From an uncultured Pseudomonadales bacterium (lineage in GTDB: Bacteria; Patescibacteriota; Microgenomatia; UBA1400; PJMF01), in assembly GCA_964583625.1 (NCBI GenBank), contig CAZOVA010000004.1, positions 1-57,180 of the forward strand: DNA of 57,180 nt, given 5' to 3'. Below, piece by piece: positions 54,963-57,180 of the stretch. A program made the position numbers and the translations under genes. The notes beneath the pieces were generated by a model. It had not been told where the DNA came from and did no database searches. It saw only the letters and a list, made by a program, of their open reading frames with translations. The number at the start of each line of letters is the position of its first letter. Within the stretch, counting starts at the first letter, position 1.

Positions 54963-56000
54963 TTAAAATTGAGCTAAAAAATCCAGATTGCCACTATAAA
55001 AATGACGGATATCATCAATTTTGAGACCAGGACGCAAAGTATAAGTTCTTTCAATACCCCAGCCAAAAGCAAAACCAGTATAAATAGTCGGATCAATTCC
55101 TGCTGCTCGCAAAACTGCGGGGTGAACCATACCCGCTCCACCTACTTCGTGCCAACCAGATTTGCAAAAGCGACATTTTTGTCCTTCAATTTCACCACTG
55201 CCGTCACAAAGTTGACAAGAAAAATCAATTTCAAAACTTGGCTCAGTAAACTGAAAGTGAAAAGGTCTCAAGCGATTTTTAGTCCCAACGCCATAGAATT
55301 CTCGAGCAAAAAAATCCAAAACTCCTTTGAGATGAGTTAAATTAATGCCCTTATCAATGACCAAACCTTCGAATTGATGAAACATCTGAGTATGAGTAGC
55401 ATCTTGCTGACGACGATAGCAACGACCGATATTGATCATCCGAACGGGGGGTTGACCTAGCCGAGCCATCTCGTGAACTTGACCATTAGAGGTATGAGGA
55501 GTAAGAATCCATTTTGGTGCGTCTTTGCTTTCTCCCTGAGGATGATTAACAAAAAAAGTTTCCCATTCATCTCTTGCTGGGTGATTGGGCGCCATATTGA
55601 GCTTGGTGAAAGCATTGTCATCGATATCTAGTTCTGGATGTCTCACTCGCACAAAACCCAAACGAGCAAAAATTTGTTCAATTTCTTCAATAGCTTGAGA
55701 GATCGGATGAAGGTGGCCTTGAGGCTGGTCTTGATCAGCGGGCAAAGTAAAATCAAAGTTTTTTTGCTCATCAACCGAATAAGTCTCCTTTTTTTGTTCC
55801 ACCAACTCTTCCAAAGCCTTTTTTAATTGATTAAGAATCTCACCAGCCGTTTTTTTGTCCTCAACTACAGCGATTTGTCCAGAAATTTCTTTGAACAAAC
55901 CTTTCTTACCTAAGTATTTAGTAAAAAAGTTTTCACTTCCGTCCTGACTTGCCTGTTGTAGAAGGGCAGCGGCTTGGTTTTTTAAATCTTGCACTTTCAT
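54963..56000 (-). CDS. pheS: Phenylalanine--tRNA ligase alpha subunit
   Basis: GHLHPI, HPARDEWETF, PHTSNGQ, DATHTQMFHQFEGL, FQFTEPSFE, GAGMVHP, GFAFGWGIER. Confidence 0.97.
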   Translation of the reverse strand: MKVQDLKNQAAALLQQASQDGSENFFTKYLGKKGLFKEISGQIAVVEDKKTAGEILNQLKKALEELVEQKKETYSVDEQKNFDFTLPADQDQPQGHLHPISQAIEEIEQIFARLGFVRVRHPELDIDDNAFTKLNMAPNHPARDEWETFFVNHPQGESKDAPKWILTPHTSNGQVHEMARLGQPPVRMINIGRCYRRQQDATHTQMFHQFEGLVIDKGINLTHLKGVLDFFAREFYGVGTKNRLRPFHFQFTEPSFEIDFSCQLCDGSGEIEGQKCRFCKSGWHEVGGAGMVHPAVLRAAGIDPTIYTGFAFGWGIERTYTLRPGLKIDDIRHFYSGNLDFLAQF

Positions 56001-56145
56001 TAGATCTTAATTATAGCACGCTTTTATTTTATCAGACAGAAAAAAATTAGATCAATAATTTCAAGAATCTGCGAAACTTGAAAGACATATTCTCTTGTCT
56101 TTATGGCTAGAACTTGTAAAAAAAAGCGCTGAGCTGGCAATCTGA

Positions 56146-57024
56146 CTATTTGTTTTCCATCTGTGATTCTAAAAGATGGTGGAGTTTTTTCATCATTACT
56201 TTTGGGTTTTTTTCCGAAGTATGACCCATATTGGTTGTTATGGTTGTAAAATTGGATAAAAGAGACTCAGGATTAACACCCATTGCCAACGCCCCATTAT
56301 ATAAAATGACAATATCTTTTTCGATTTTATGAAAATATTCAATACTTGCTTCCGTAGGAGTTCCCATCAACAATAATTCAATGAGTTTATAAGCAATCAT
56401 ATCAGACGGATGAGCTAATAAAATCTCAGAACTAGTTTCCTTATTAACAATGGTCGCAATAATAAAATTATTAGTCGTTCTCTCAGCATGCTCTGTGCCA
56501 ACAAGGTCATATGGATAAACCATAGTTTTTTCATTCCACCCTTTAAATAATGCCGTTGACTGGGGCACATGTTGAATTATTTTCTGTGCGCTAACAAGGC
56601 CCTCTTGATGACTAACAGATTTAGCGACTGCATAAGGGTTATTACTTATGACAGCTGCGTCAATATCTCCTAATTTTCTCGTAAAACCCTTGAAGGTTTC
56701 TCTGGCTTCAGCCGACATCATTTTTTCTTCTGGTTGGAAAATTAATTGTTCCTGCTTATTTTCTCCATCTGGAGCATGATAACAAATAACTCTTGCTTCT
56801 TTGAAGGAGTTTGTCCGTGAGAGTAAATTAGCTGCAAATGATCCAGCAAAATAATAATTTACTTGAGATTCCGCTGTAAATTCATCAGTATCAAATTGTG
56901 GCGCAGTTTTTATAATATATTGAGCAACATCGACAGTTACTTGCGATAGGTCTGGATTTGGCAGAGATTCAATGTTCGCCGTGGCTTCTTTGTTGCTTGG
57001 TTGATAGCTTCTTATTTCATTCAT
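56146..57024 (-). CDS. Hypothetical protein, putative Pol-beta-superfamily nucleotidyltransferase
   Basis: YYFAGSFAA...GDIDAAV...YDLV...HPSDMIAYKL...KIEKDIVIL; SD GGAG upstream. Confidence 0.65.
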   Translation of the reverse strand: MNEIRSYQPSNKEATANIESLPNPDLSQVTVDVAQYIIKTAPQFDTDEFTAESQVNYYFAGSFAANLLSRTNSFKEARVICYHAPDGENKQEQLIFQPEEKMMSAEARETFKGFTRKLGDIDAAVISNNPYAVAKSVSHQEGLVSAQKIIQHVPQSTALFKGWNEKTMVYPYDLVGTEHAERTTNNFIIATIVNKETSSEILLAHPSDMIAYKLIELLLMGTPTEASIEYFHKIEKDIVILYNGALAMGVNPESLLSNFTTITTNMGHTSEKNPKVMMKKLHHLLESQMENK

Positions 57025-57180
57025 GATTTACTCCAGTCTATTATTTTTTTAATAATGTAAGAATAAGTAATTTATAAATACCCCGGTTTAACACCAGTCA
57101 TTAATACACCCTAATATAATTCCCCCCATTGATTTGATGCAAGATATTATAGGCAGGAAAAGAAAAGGTAAGATTCCAGT

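Noticed and set aside
641-55826. Other short ORFs nested in or antisense to recognised genes (e.g. 654-1040, 3390-3746, 8902-9168, 31808-32122, 36300-36839, 55002-55340)
   Set aside because: They fully overlap well-supported genes and have no recognisable domains or expression signals.
1-57180. CRISPR array, insertion sequence, rRNA, tmRNA next to smpB
   Set aside because: By eye I found no regularly spaced direct repeats, transposase, rRNA-like segment or tmRNA ends/tag frame.

Overview
A 57 kb AT-rich bacterial chromosomal segment in genetic code 11. By inference from gene content and protein style, it most resembles a Patescibacteria/CPR genome of the Microgenomates type. It is mainly housekeeping: translation (rpsA, rpmE, rpmG, efp, prfA, pth, smpB, proS, pheS, trmD, elp3, and five tRNAs: Phe-GAA, Lys-UUU, Val-CAC, Leu-UAA, His-GUG), DNA repair and recombination (recF, ruvA, mutM, rmuC, a Xer-type recombinase), and envelope/glycan genes (murB, uppP, dgkA, two GT-C glycosyltransferases, a Wzx flippase). 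It also carries isolated metabolic genes (ispG, gpsA, glgX, coaE, SufS-like desulfurase). No CRISPR array, transposase or prophage structural genes were seen. The best leads are: (1) a ~190 nt leader before a PIN-PhoH gene that can fold two mutually exclusive ways and holds an 11 nt copy of the gene's own start-codon context as a GTG-ACT-TAG micro-ORF; (2) a GGDEF cyclase / 7TM protein / ATP-grasp ligase cluster in which the ligase is fused to a RimB-like aspartic protease; (3) -10 boxes 7-10 nt from the start codon in at least 14 genes, implying widespread leaderless mRNAs, plus two recurring post -10 motifs; (4) a surface protein with a triple 6-Cys repeat; (5) a WxL-like/DUF916-like surface pair; (6) a PilM/GspL-like to LytR_C fusion; and (7) an orphan AbiEii/MenT-like nucleotidyltransferase next to pheS. 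All family assignments come from motif recognition by eye, not database searches.
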